The notes beneath the pieces were generated by a model. It did no database searches. It saw only the letters and a list, made by a program, of their open reading frames with translations, and was not told where the DNA came from. Shown piece after piece: positions 46,186 through 55,932 of a stretch of 64,000 bases of DNA; the stretch's first letter is position 1, and each line of letters starts with the position of its first letter. This stretch comes from Cyanophora paradoxa CCMP329 (lineage: Eukaryota > Plantae > Glaucophyta): contig QPMI01000133.1 of assembly GCA_004431415.1 (NCBI GenBank), positions 124,001 to 188,000 on the forward strand, in the 5' to 3' direction. The translations under genes and the position numbers were made by a program.

Positions 46186-49100
46186 ATGAGTTTCAATTAT
46201 CCAGCAAACCTACAAACCATTTCCTCATCAGGAAGAGGGAAGGCAGATAACAAACATGTGAATTTCGATAACTTGACAGCCAGAGGGTCAATCTCAATTG
46301 ACCACAGTGCAGATGAACCCTCAAAGACTCACCCAAGAGAGCATGCACTTTCAATAAACGAAATGGATCCCGAAAAGGAGGATGTGAGTGTTGCTTTCAG
46401 CATGGGAAATGTGAAATCGAATCAGGTAGCCCAGATTAAAGCAACCAGGAGCAGACCAAGAAAACTGAAAACCAGTGGAACCCATCCAGATATTCCAACT
46501 CGATTCGATAGTGGTAGGTTAATATTCAATGTTCAAAATGAGAAGGGTGGGCATCAGAGTGGTTTGAGAATCTATAATGAAGGATCAAATGCAATTGCAC
46601 AAATTCCCGAAATATTACAGATAGCCCCCCATGGAGAAACCAACAAAATCGAGTTCACTAACAATGTTTATCCAAGAGATATTGTGGCGAATTCGGCTTC
46701 TAATGCACAATTCGGTTTCCAACTACCTGGTGATACAGCAAAGAATAAGGCGTCTATCACTGTCAACAGTAGCCCCACTCAACCAGTAACAATTCGTTTA
46801 CATCCAGACCTTGTCGAAATGGATAGGCACCTTTTACCTCTGGTAACCAACACCAAAGATCTTGGTATTAGAACCAGGCAATGGCGAAATATCCATGGAA
46901 GCAATGTCTATGCAAATGGTGAGAAACTTGTAAGTGAGAAGACCATCAGAGAGATCTTTGAATATTATGGACCTGTCCCAGTTCCCTTTCCTCTTCCATG
47001 GGATCCACCAGATTTAACACCCAAGAAGCAACCAGGAAGAGAGTATACAGCAGATGAGACAGTTCCTTTTGGTCAACACATTGTGAGTTGGGAGCAGGTT
47101 CGCAATAAACCTATAATTGAACCAAAAAAGCAAATTGATGAGCAATATTTACCACCTGAAATCGATATATTGGAGCTTGATGATTACTACTTCGTCCCAG
47201 ATGAGGAGGAATACCTACCTGATGGTTTCGACCCACAGGAATATGAATATGATCAATATGACCCCAATGAGGAAGAGTATTTACCAGATGGCTTAGATCC
47301 ACAAGAGTATGAGTATGAGCAGAACTATGAACCCCATGAGGAATATTTAGCAGATGGTCACGAACCACCAGTTGTTGATTATGAGCAACCATATGAACCC
47401 CATGAAGAATTATTACCAGATGGATTTCGCCCAGAGATTTGGGAATTCTTCCCAGATTGGGAGCAGATCAACAATAAACCAGCCAGATTTCCACCAGAGG
47501 ATCACAACCATGACTGGGATGAGATATTAGGTAAACCAGAGAAATTCCCACCAGAGGATCACAGGCATGACTGGGGTGATATTGATGGGATACCTACTGA
47601 GTTTCCACCAGCAGACCATCGGCATGATTGGGACGAAATTGACCAGCAACCTACTTTTGCATCAGCAGGAAATATATTAACAGATTTCCAACATGGAGTA
47701 AGTCTTTACCAAAGTAATACAATACCAGAAAGATTACAATTAAATGACCACTACCTTAATCGCATGGGAATAGAAGCAGGCACAGGAATGGAAGCGGAAT
47801 TATACATTAGACCGCCCAGAAGAGATGGAATTTTACCAGTTAGTGGTAATTTTGGTTTGTATGAGACAAAACCCGGAATCTATCTAACAAGTTACTACCC
47901 TGAGGATATCCCGATGACAGATAGTTTAATAATACCGCTTCCATCTGATCCAGCAAACTATGATGACAAAGATGCAGCAATCCAAATTAATGTTACTGAT
48001 GTAAGTGACTTAGATAGTTCAAGACCCAAATTAATATTCACCAGAGAGAGATTGTTACCCAATGCTCTCATTGGAAATCGAGATGACTACAAGAGATGCG
48101 AAATCTCATGGATAAAAACGAATTATAATGGTGGAGTTGGTGAGGGAGTTTTAGAAATCAATCAAAGGGCAGCAGCAAAGAATATTCACAATGAGACCAT
48201 ATCAAGAGTGGTAACAGAGGATTACCTTCAAGCCCAAAACTACATAGATGAAACAGAACTGAATACAATTATTGCAGGTATTAATATTGGTGTGACAGGT
48301 GATTACCTCCCTCTCACAGGTGGGATTATTGATGGAACAGTGACAGCATGTAACTTCTTTGTTCACACTGAAAGCAATCAAACCTTTCCTGTGGTTCACC
48401 CAGGAGGTGAGTATGAGATACCTGATGATCCAGCTATTATGCCCATTAAAATCGATCTCCCTTCTGATTATGTCGGAAGGGGTGAACTCAAAATCATATC
48501 TTTCACAGGAGATTATAATGATCTCATAAACAAACCCACCTCAGCAAATCTACACCCTGTTGCATTTTCGGGTAGCTTCCTCGATCTTAATAATAGATCA
48601 CACACCCATACAAAGGCAGAAATCACAGATTTTGCACATACTCACACCAAATCCCAGATAACAGATTTTGCTCACTTCCACACCAGAGCAGATATCACAA
48701 ATTTCGCTCACACTCATGTTAAATCAGAGATAACAGATCTTGGAAATGTTGCATATGTTGGTCACACCCATACGAAGGCAGAGATTACAGATTTTGCACA
48801 CAATCACACTAAGGCGGAGATTACAGATTTTGCACACACTCATGATTGGAATACAGATATTTATAACAAACCAGCGATTTTCTCAGGCAACTACCTCGAT
48901 TTGACCAATAGACCAACTCTTGATCCCTTTACAGCCAATAACATCACAGCAAATGCAAACCTTCTTGTTGGATCAGGTTACTTTCTTGACTACGACCCCT
49001 ACATTATGCCCAATCCTCCTGTGATTTGGAATTTCCACAATTCAACTCTTTCTACTAACACAATATCATACTACCAGGATAAAACACTTCTTGTTCGCGG

Positions 49101-49496
49101 TAATGCATATGCAAGAGAAATGTGGGTCAGGGATCCTCGCAATAATGCTGCTGTTACCAAGTTGATGCCCCAATATGTTTTTGATAATTACACTACTACT
49201 GGAATAAGGAAGGGACATACAATTTCGTCATAAACAATCCCCAAATTGGTGGTAGTTCAGCAAGGCAAAATCATACCATTACATTAAGTTGGAGTCCTGC
49301 TTTTGCATCAACCCCATCTGTTGTTGCAACATTGGAGGGACTGCCTGCAACTAATGTAGAGATCGACTACAAAATGGGAATATCAAGCAACTCAACCACC
49401 TCAACCACCATAAATCTTGTTGTTTGGGCAGCAGGATATATAAACATACAACCCCAAACCTTCATGGTTACAGTGCATTGGATAGCAACTGCTTGA
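46186..49496 (+). CDS. Fibre/spike-like protein with HxH repeats and a C-terminal H-type-lectin-like tip; frameshift at G-run 49212-49214, about 1103 aa restored
   Basis: WxxIxxKP and DHRHDWDEI repeats, HTHTKAEITDFA repeats, YLPLTGG and FSGNYLDLTNRP phage tail-fibre motifs. The restored tail reads ...ITLSWSPAFASTPSVVATL...VTVHWIATA*. Confidence 0.75.
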
Positions 49497-49520
49497 TTTC
49501 AATCTTTTACTATTATAAAG

Positions 49521-50123
49521 ATGACCTCTCTATTAGAAATCCCAAACTACGAACTTGCAGCAAAATCACTGCACAGCATCTCTCATGGAGTAGTTGATTC
49601 AACACCTGGGAATATCTGCACTGAAACATCAAGTAATACCTCTTTCACAGAGAATAATATACTCAGATTCAAAGAAATTCGATGTGATCGAAATGGAGGC
49701 AAGATTAGAGCCACAGGCATTATTATCTCGAATAAAAATCAAGTTCAAGCAGGTCAAATAGTCCCCGATTCAGCAATATATGATAATGTGGGTGGATTCA
49801 CCACAGCAAAGATAGTAGCTTTCGATAACACAATAAATAATTCGGCTCTTGTAGTAAGAAGTGGAGGCGCCTACATTGGTGATGGAGCAATTGTGATGGG
49901 GACTGTCACAGCAAATCAATTAAATGTGAACGGGACAAGTAGTTTTGGTGGGTATATGAATTTCAATGGTGGTCTATCAGGGAATATAATTTATGGGACT
50001 CTTCAAGCATTTCTGAGAGTTCAGGCACCCGAGATTGGTAATGGGACAGATTCCAACACGACCTATAAACGAAATGGGAATGCGATTGTTACTCTTGAAA
50101 AAACAACAGTAGCAGTGTTGTAA
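49521..50123 (+). CDS. Viral structural-like protein, paralog of 50743-51576 and 51605-52453; possibly truncated at the junction
   Basis: Shared NILRFKEIRCDRNGGKIRAT and ALVVRSGGAYIGDG motifs. Confidence 0.7.
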   Translation: MTSLLEIPNYELAAKSLHSISHGVVDSTPGNICTETSSNTSFTENNILRFKEIRCDRNGGKIRATGIIISNKNQVQAGQIVPDSAIYDNVGGFTTAKIVAFDNTINNSALVVRSGGAYIGDGAIVMGTVTANQLNVNGTSSFGGYMNFNGGLSGNIIYGTLQAFLRVQAPEIGNGTDSNTTYKRNGNAIVTLEKTTVAVL

Positions 50124-50340
50124 AGGGGAGGACCCCCCCTCAAACCAGACCGCCCCCCAAAGTCTGGTTTTACCATCAGGGGTCCACCCCTATAAGCGTG
50201 ATCATTGAGCGAAATTAGTGAGCTAGAGTAGACGTGTTGATTAGGCGTTAGTTTAGGGAGATATCGGAACTGAGTTTAGGAGGGCGTGTGTGGGTGTACT
50301 TGGGGCCCCGGTTGCTTGCGCGCGGTCTGCTGCGGCCTCA
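50119..50340. other. GC-richer structured junction segment between the two viral elements (possible retroelement or LTR remnant)
   Basis: Starts TGTAAAGGGG and ends CA. Nested stem-loop: GGGGAGGACCCC (50125-50136) pairs with GGGGTCCACCCC (50179-50190), and AAACCAGAC (50142-50150) pairs with GTCTGGTTT (50162-50170). Confidence 0.45.
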
Positions 50341-50706
50341 ATCATCTTCTTCCACGATGATCAATGTTTTTTCTGTAGAAGTTCTCCTATGCCTTGGTGA
50401 ATCGTGTCTTTGGGCATTCCTGAAATTGAACGGGAGCAGAGTCAAATTTTGCATTGGAGTTCTAGGGATCGCATGCCCATGGGTCCCAGGCCACGAGCTC
50501 CGTCTATCAGTAGGAACTAGCCAGGGCACAGGGGAGTCTGTTCGAGATTGTTCACAGGGCGACACTGACCGAGAAGTGTTTGGAGTTCCATCAGTGCCGT
50601 CGGTTTCTGAGATATTTAGATCAATAGTTGTTTCGCAGCAGCTGCTCTTGAGATTGCTTGTGATGTGAAGGTGAAACATGTCAAGACATCTCCTTATCAA
50701 ATCCAT
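50338..50706 (-). CDS. Small viral protein, paralog of 35088-35321
   Basis: Conserved N-terminal MD..R...MF.LHI.SN..S.CC.T. Confidence 0.7.
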   Translation of the reverse strand: MDLIRRCLDMFHLHITSNLKSSCCETTIDLNISETDGTDGTPNTSRSVSPCEQSRTDSPVPWLVPTDRRSSWPGTHGHAIPRTPMQNLTLLPFNFRNAQRHDSPRHRRTSTEKTLIIVEEDD

Positions 50707-50742
50707 TCATAGTACTTGTTGCACATAAAAGAATGAAGATCT

Positions 50743-51576
50743 CTAAGGATTAGGATCGGCCCCGCCGATTGGGAAATAACGATTCGAATTGAACGTTTCC
50801 CCGTACTTGACACCATTTGCAATCACATCTGTTCTTTCGGCAAATAGAATTATTTTGTAGGCCCCCATGAGCGTTGCCCTCACAATAAACTGGTAATCTT
50901 CAACCCCAACGGGAGCAGAGTGGAAAGCAACACCAAAATTGTCGATCGGATTGATTAAAACAGCTATGTTTGGCCGGAGAGCATCATTCCTCCTACAAAG
51001 GAAATAGATATCAGGGGGAATATCAACAACACTCTTGAAATGATTTCCGAGTGGCTGAACGTTATCTACGATCGATGTTTGCTCATTTATGTTTAGCGTG
51101 AAGACTTTGATGATATAAGGCGAATTCATAGAAGGCACATAGGTTCGAATTCTTTCATTTACGTTTTCAGGGTTGGGTTGATCATTAACAAATATAGGGG
51201 CACAAGCAGCTCCGCCCACTCTCAGGCCGTCTCCTATATAAGCACCTCCAAATCTGCAGGTCAAAGCTCCTATTCTTGATTCGTAGGTAAAAGTATTAAC
51301 CTTGTTAGCGTCGTCATAGCTATCAGGATCGCCATAATGCGCATTAAAATTAGCATTAGTTACAAGGAGATTAGTCGTTTTAATAGTGCCATTATTTTTG
51401 TCACATCGAACCTCTCCTAAACGTAATATGTGATTCTCCCGGAAGGTGTTTAAAGTTGGCTGCTGCTCTGTGGACTCTAGGCCAGGCACATCATCTGAAA
51501 CTGCATGCTGCAGGACGTGGTTGGCTGGAGCGGCGAGGGTCAACGATGGAACTACTATTCTTTCAACAGCTTCCAT
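50743..51576 (-). CDS. Viral structural-like protein (GGAYIG family)
   Basis: EVRCDKNNGTIKTTNLLVTNANF and ALTCRFGGAYIGDG. Tandem paralog of the next gene. Confidence 0.75.
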   Translation of the reverse strand: MEAVERIVVPSLTLAAPANHVLQHAVSDDVPGLESTEQQPTLNTFRENHILRLGEVRCDKNNGTIKTTNLLVTNANFNAHYGDPDSYDDANKVNTFTYESRIGALTCRFGGAYIGDGLRVGGAACAPIFVNDQPNPENVNERIRTYVPSMNSPYIIKVFTLNINEQTSIVDNVQPLGNHFKSVVDIPPDIYFLCRRNDALRPNIAVLINPIDNFGVAFHSAPVGVEDYQFIVRATLMGAYKIILFAERTDVIANGVKYGETFNSNRYFPIGGADPNP

Positions 51577-51604
51577 TTTAGAAAACAGAAGATAAAACTT
51601 TCAT

Positions 51605-52453
51605 TTAAGGTATAGGATTTTCCGGATTGTTCTCCTCATACATGTTATTCAGTGCTGGATCAAAGTTTAACCCTCTAGTGGCCACAGATGCAGCCACATC
51701 GGAGCGATAGCCAATGATTAGGATAGAATATCTGCCTATAGCAGTAGCATATAAATCGAAAAGATGCCTTGTATTAATATTACGAACAACGTATCCACGC
51801 CCTGCGTGTCCTAGACCCTGTACAAAGAACGTGTAAACATGGCCTATTTGATCATTTTGATCTTGACAGAGCGATTGAAGTGCCTTGGGGATTTCTCTGT
51901 TTGAAAGCAACCTCTCTCCATCGAGACCATTTGGTGTGCTTGAATTAGCTATTGTAATTTCAACTTCTACTAGAGCTTGTGCATAGGGGAGGTCACAGCA
52001 GGGTACATACATGCGAACTCGTTTACGATTTTCAGCATTCTCTAATGAAAAGTCTGGGACATCATTGATGGCAATCGATGATGATAGCCCTCCACTAACT
52101 CGGCAAGCACCGGTAATAGCCGCACCACCGGAGCGCACAGTGAGGGCAGCAGTGTTTTGATCGTAGTTTATGCTTCGGAGGTCAACACTGTACGAATCAA
52201 CTCCCCCTGTTATGGGCTGGGAGAAATTCGCATTAGTAACTAATAATCGTGTTGTTTTTACAACCCCAGAGTTTTTATCTGCGCGCAATTCTTTACACCG
52301 AATCACAGATCGCTGATCAAATGCATTAGTTGAATTTGGACGCTCAGTGGACTCCAATCCAGCAATGGCATCGCTAACTTCGTGCTGCCTCATATGGATG
52401 GCTGGGGAGCCGAGCGAGTAGATAGGTAGTTGGACCCGATTGTACTCGGTCAT
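51605..52453 (-). CDS. Viral structural-like protein (GGAYIG family)
   Basis: ELRADKNSGVVKTTRLLVTNANF and ALTVRSGGAAITG. Confidence 0.75.
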   Translation of the reverse strand: MTEYNRVQLPIYSLGSPAIHMRQHEVSDAIAGLESTERPNSTNAFDQRSVIRCKELRADKNSGVVKTTRLLVTNANFSQPITGGVDSYSVDLRSINYDQNTAALTVRSGGAAITGACRVSGGLSSSIAINDVPDFSLENAENRKRVRMYVPCCDLPYAQALVEVEITIANSSTPNGLDGERLLSNREIPKALQSLCQDQNDQIGHVYTFFVQGLGHAGRGYVVRNINTRHLFDLYATAIGRYSILIIGYRSDVAASVATRGLNFDPALNNMYEENNPENPIP

Positions 52454-52682
52454 TTGATAGAAACGAAAGAGAAAAAATAATGCAGCAACGTCAAGCTGGA
52501 GTGATCAGATTTGATCCGAGAGCTTGATAGATAGTGGATAGGTTATGAAGTGACATCATCATAGTTTTCAGGTTTGAATCGAGCTCATTATATTTGCCGG
52601 CAGGATCACCATACGCCGATTGCGCAAGGACATTAACCAAGAGGTTTTTATATTCATGAACAACTGGGGACAGTTTGTTAGT

Positions 52683-54677
52683 AGCCGGTGGCGGATGCTG
52701 CTGCAAGCCAGGCAGGAAGGGGACGAGCGCGTTCAATGGCACCTCCTCTCACCCGAGGATGCCGCCCGCCTCGCCGAGCTGGAAGCGGACCCGCCGGATC
52801 CGTTGCACCTGCCGCAAGACGAGGCGGCCCCGATTACCGATAGGCAGGCACGGCAATACTACTGCGCACTGAGGGACGAGGACTCCTGGGCGACCTTTCT
52901 GCAGGCATGGGATGGGCTGGAGGGGGACCTCCGCCGCGAGCTGTGGGCAGCTGAAGCCGCCTCCGACGGGACCTACGAGGCGGCCGCGCCAGCCCAAGCC
53001 TGGACGGACGGGAGCCTGCTGGACGGTCAGACGAGCCTAGCGCGCGGGGCCTATGCGGTCCACTGGCCCGCGCGTCACCTACGCACGGGCGCGAACCTCC
53101 ACCCGCCGGAAGTCTTTCCCAGCTTTCGCGCCCGCCTGAGTGGGACGCAGGAGATCAACAAAGCGGAATTACAGGCAGTGCTTATGGCGGACATGCTATC
53201 CCCGTTCGGAGCCGTCGTCCACATCGACAACCAGAACGCGATCCGCTGGTGTAAGGAATTCGTTCTCGACGCTGCCCAGCGTAGCCCGCGGGAGTACATC
53301 CGGCACGTCTGCTCTGCCGAACTGTATGCGTGGCGTAAGCTCAGGACCCAACTAGATATGCGGGGGCGGCCGCTCACGCTGGTGAAAGTGAAGGCGCACG
53401 CGCAAGGCGAAGCGCGCGACCTGCACAATGACGTTGCCGACGCTCTTGCGAATCGCACAGCCGACGAACAACTCCCTGCAGAGAGTCTTCACGAGCCCGT
53501 TTTCCTGCCACCGGAGTTCAGCATGCCAGCCGTCCTCACAGTCGGTAACGGGGACGGCACCGTGCGACGGGTGGAAGGCGACCCGAAGGAACACATGGAC
53601 ACCTTACATGAGCATCACACACACTTCGCTTGGGCTCAACAACCACTGGCTGGTGCGTTTCTACGCCGCGGAGACGCCGGGGCAGACATCGGCGGGCTGT
53701 ACGCGGAGACAGCCGTAGGACCCCGGTTCCGCGGCGCGAGCGGAGCTCGCAACGCGCTTTTCAAGTTCAGGACCCAATTGATCTGCAGCTCGCTCCCAGC
53801 GAACGAAGTCCGGGTACGGGATAGGCCTGACCTCTACGCAGCCTATAACCCGGGCGGCCGCTGCGCGGCCTGCGCCACGAGGACACCGAGTACCCGGCGA
53901 GACCGTGCAAGCCCAGCTGAAGCGAACGAGCAGCCAGTGCAGGCCGGCCCCAGCAGACGGCGCGAGGTACCGATAGCTCTCACGGCGGGCCCGGCGGAGA
54001 CATTCACACACGTCTTCCTCTGCCCGGGGCCCCATGCAGTGGCGCACCGCGCGGAGACCGCCCGTGAACTGAATCGCTTCCTGCGGCGCGCCCACCGCGA
54101 GACTCACGGACCCCAACTCAAGAACATTGATCCCACGATAGCGCTCACCTCCGGCCTTGTGCCCACCTATCTGCGCGTAGCCGACGATGACGCCGAAGCG
54201 CGCAGCTCCGACGACCGCCCAACCACGTATTCGCGGCTCTGGGTCCTCCAAGGTGTTGCCCCGCAGTCGCTCGAGCGGGACTTGATCCGCGCCCTCGACC
54301 TCGACCCGCACCGCGCGCCCCGCACGGCCAAGCGCGTACGCCAGATGCTGATCGAACGCGCGCGTCGGCTCTGGGCCAGCCGGTGCGAGATCAACGCAGC
54401 ATGGGAACGAGACTGTCGCATCTCTCAAACCTCTAAGCGTCGCCCGCGCCCGCCCCGCACAGGAGCTAGAGCTAAAGAACGCGCCCGCGGACCCCGGGTC
54501 CCGATAGAGCTCTGTCCTGCCTGCGACGGGCCCATACACCTTCATAACGACCTTCGCGCAGCTCAGAACGCGGACTGCCCGCCGGAATACCGAGGATGGA
54601 AGGCAGCGCTTCAAGCCCAAGAGCTCTACGACAGCACCAAGGTCCGCCCCTGGAGCCTGCCCCCCCCGGACGATTAA
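52683..54677 (+). CDS. C-terminal part of a retrotransposon pol ORF: RNase H plus Cys/His zinc motif; no RT domain
   Basis: AWTDGS, EINKAELQAV, VHIDNQ and VKVKAHA...NDVADALA (RNase H D-E-D-D); CAAC...ETFTHVFLCP (zf-RVT-like). Confidence 0.88.
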   Translation, partial: SRWRMLLQARQEGDERVQWHLLSPEDAARLAELEADPPDPLHLPQDEAAPITDRQARQYYCALRDEDSWATFLQAWDGLEGDLRRELWAAEAASDGTYEAAAPAQAWTDGSLLDGQTSLARGAYAVHWPARHLRTGANLHPPEVFPSFRARLSGTQEINKAELQAVLMADMLSPFGAVVHIDNQNAIRWCKEFVLDAAQRSPREYIRHVCSAELYAWRKLRTQLDMRGRPLTLVKVKAHAQGEARDLHNDVADALANRTADEQLPAESLHEPVFLPPEFSMPAVLTVGNGDGTVRRVEGDPKEHMDTLHEHHTHFAWAQQPLAGAFLRRGDAGADIGGLYAETAVGPRFRGASGARNALFKFRTQLICSSLPANEVRVRDRPDLYAAYNPGGRCAACATRTPSTRRDRASPAEANEQPVQAGPSRRREVPIALTAGPAETFTHVFLCPGPHAVAHRAETARELNRFLRRAHRETHGPQLKNIDPTIALTSGLVPTYLRVADDDAEARSSDDRPTTYSRLWVLQGVAPQSLERDLIRALDLDPHRAPRTAKRVRQMLIERARRLWASRCEINAAWERDCRISQTSKRRPRPPRTGARAKERARGPRVPIELCPACDGPIHLHNDLRAAQNADCPPEYRGWKAALQAQELYDSTKVRPWSLPPPDD

Positions 54678-55767
54678 CCTACCCTCGTAGGGGGAGGGGG
54701 GGGGGGGGGGGGGGGGGCTACAACTGGAGGAGACGCGGAGACACGGAGACTCCACCACTACGCCCACTGACGACCTCACTCTCAACCTATCACCTACGGC
54801 CGCCCGCCGGGCCCTCGCGCCCGCCGCCGACCCGCCGCCGCCTGCGCGACTTGCGCCTCCACACCTCCCTCGCTACCGCCGACACGCTCGCCTCCCGCCG
54901 CCACCGCTGCTCTTGCCCCCTCTGCCCTCTCTCGCCCATTGCCCCAGTCGCCCTCTCCCACGGCCCCACCTTTCACCCCTTCTGCCCCCGCCGTTCTGCT
55001 GATCTCCCGCTACCCCAGGGAGGGGACGGTGGTGCGGGCTGCCAGGTGGAAGGTCGTCGGTCGGCCGCTGAACCCACCGGCGCCTGCCCCGGCCACGCGC
55101 CAGGCCGGGGCGGTCGGACCGCCGCGGGGGGGGCTCGTCATTGCCCGCGGCGGGGGGGAGGCGGTCGGCAGGCGGCTGGAAGCCCGGCGGAACGCGCCAC
55201 TGGAACCTCCCTCCTCCCGACCGCGGCCGCCCGACCCGGTCCTCCCCGTCCTTTCCCGCCGCCCAATGCTGCCCATGCCGTGCCCCTCTCCTCGCCCCAT
55301 CCCCCTTCCCCCGACCAATCTTTCCCGATGCTCTGAGCCCGGCGGCCCACCAGGCCTGCTCTCGCACGAGCGAGCCCCGACCCGACCCGCCGTGCCGACG
55401 ACACGGCGGGCCGTACTCTAGCGTGTACAGAGTGGTTAGATTATAGTGCGCCTTCTCGGAGGCCCTAGCCTACTAGGCATAGAGCTAGCTACAGCTGCAG
55501 CTCACTTCGCTGCCCGCCTCTGATTTCTACTCTCGTCCCCGGGTAGCCACTCCCTCTCCCGCGTAGGATCTTTCCTGTGCTGCAGCTCTACTACTAGGCT
55601 AGACTTAGTTCCCGGGGTAGCGTCTTCAGTTACTTTCATATCCGAGCTCCACCCGGTCCGATGTCCGAAAGGCTTAGTCCCGTAGGCTCATCTCTCGACT
55701 TGACACAGATGGACACCTCAGCTATATCTCTAGCCATTTGTCTCGGTGTGTGCGAATTCATTTGGGA
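52683..55767 (+). mobile_element. 5'-truncated non-LTR retrotransposon (RNase H-bearing) nested in element 2
   Basis: GC-rich 3085-bp island flanked by the exact 17-bp direct repeat GGGGACAGTTTGTTAGT at 52666-52682 and 55768-55784. Confidence 0.9.
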
Positions 55768-55932
55768 GGGGACAGTTTGTTAGTTTGCTGTATCGTTTTT
55801 TCGACATTTTGTAGCGCGGCTACAAGTTTAATAGTATCAAAAGCAAGAGCGACAGGCTCAGAAGTAGTAGAAGGAGATCCACCAAGTGGATAGGTCGCCA
55901 TTTATTATACTGTGACATTTTTATTACGGCAG

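Larger units (their letters stand above)
28399..50123. mobile_element. Endogenous Polinton-like/Maverick-type virus, element 1 (right boundary uncertain)
   Basis: Abrupt shift to AT-rich, intronless, tightly packed ORFs. Hallmark genes MCP, two minor capsids, A32 ATPase, PrimPol-D5 helicase, pPolB and rve integrase. Confidence 0.88.
52491..55901 (-). pseudogene. 102-aa viral gene interrupted by the retrotransposon (5' part 55901-55768, 3' part 52682-52491)
   Basis: Removing the insert and one TSD restores MATYPLGGSPSTTSEPVALAFDTIKLVAALQNVEKTIQQTNKLSPVVHEYKNLL...LITPA* in frame. Confidence 0.88.

Noticed and set aside
52620-52682. N-terminus of the 685-aa ORF as a genuine start
   Set aside because: It lies in antisense viral sequence and the TSD. 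The in-frame fusion to the truncated retro ORF is most simply coincidental.
55640-55700. Hammerhead-like CCGATG-TCCGAAAGG in the retroelement 3' region
   Set aside because: It lacks the CUGAUGA core and the downstream GAAA in the required arrangement.
52683-55767. DIRS/Ngaro or LTR identity for the nested retroelement
   Set aside because: No tyrosine recombinase, integrase, split direct repeats or LTRs were seen. A 17-bp TSD with 5' truncation fits a non-LTR element.
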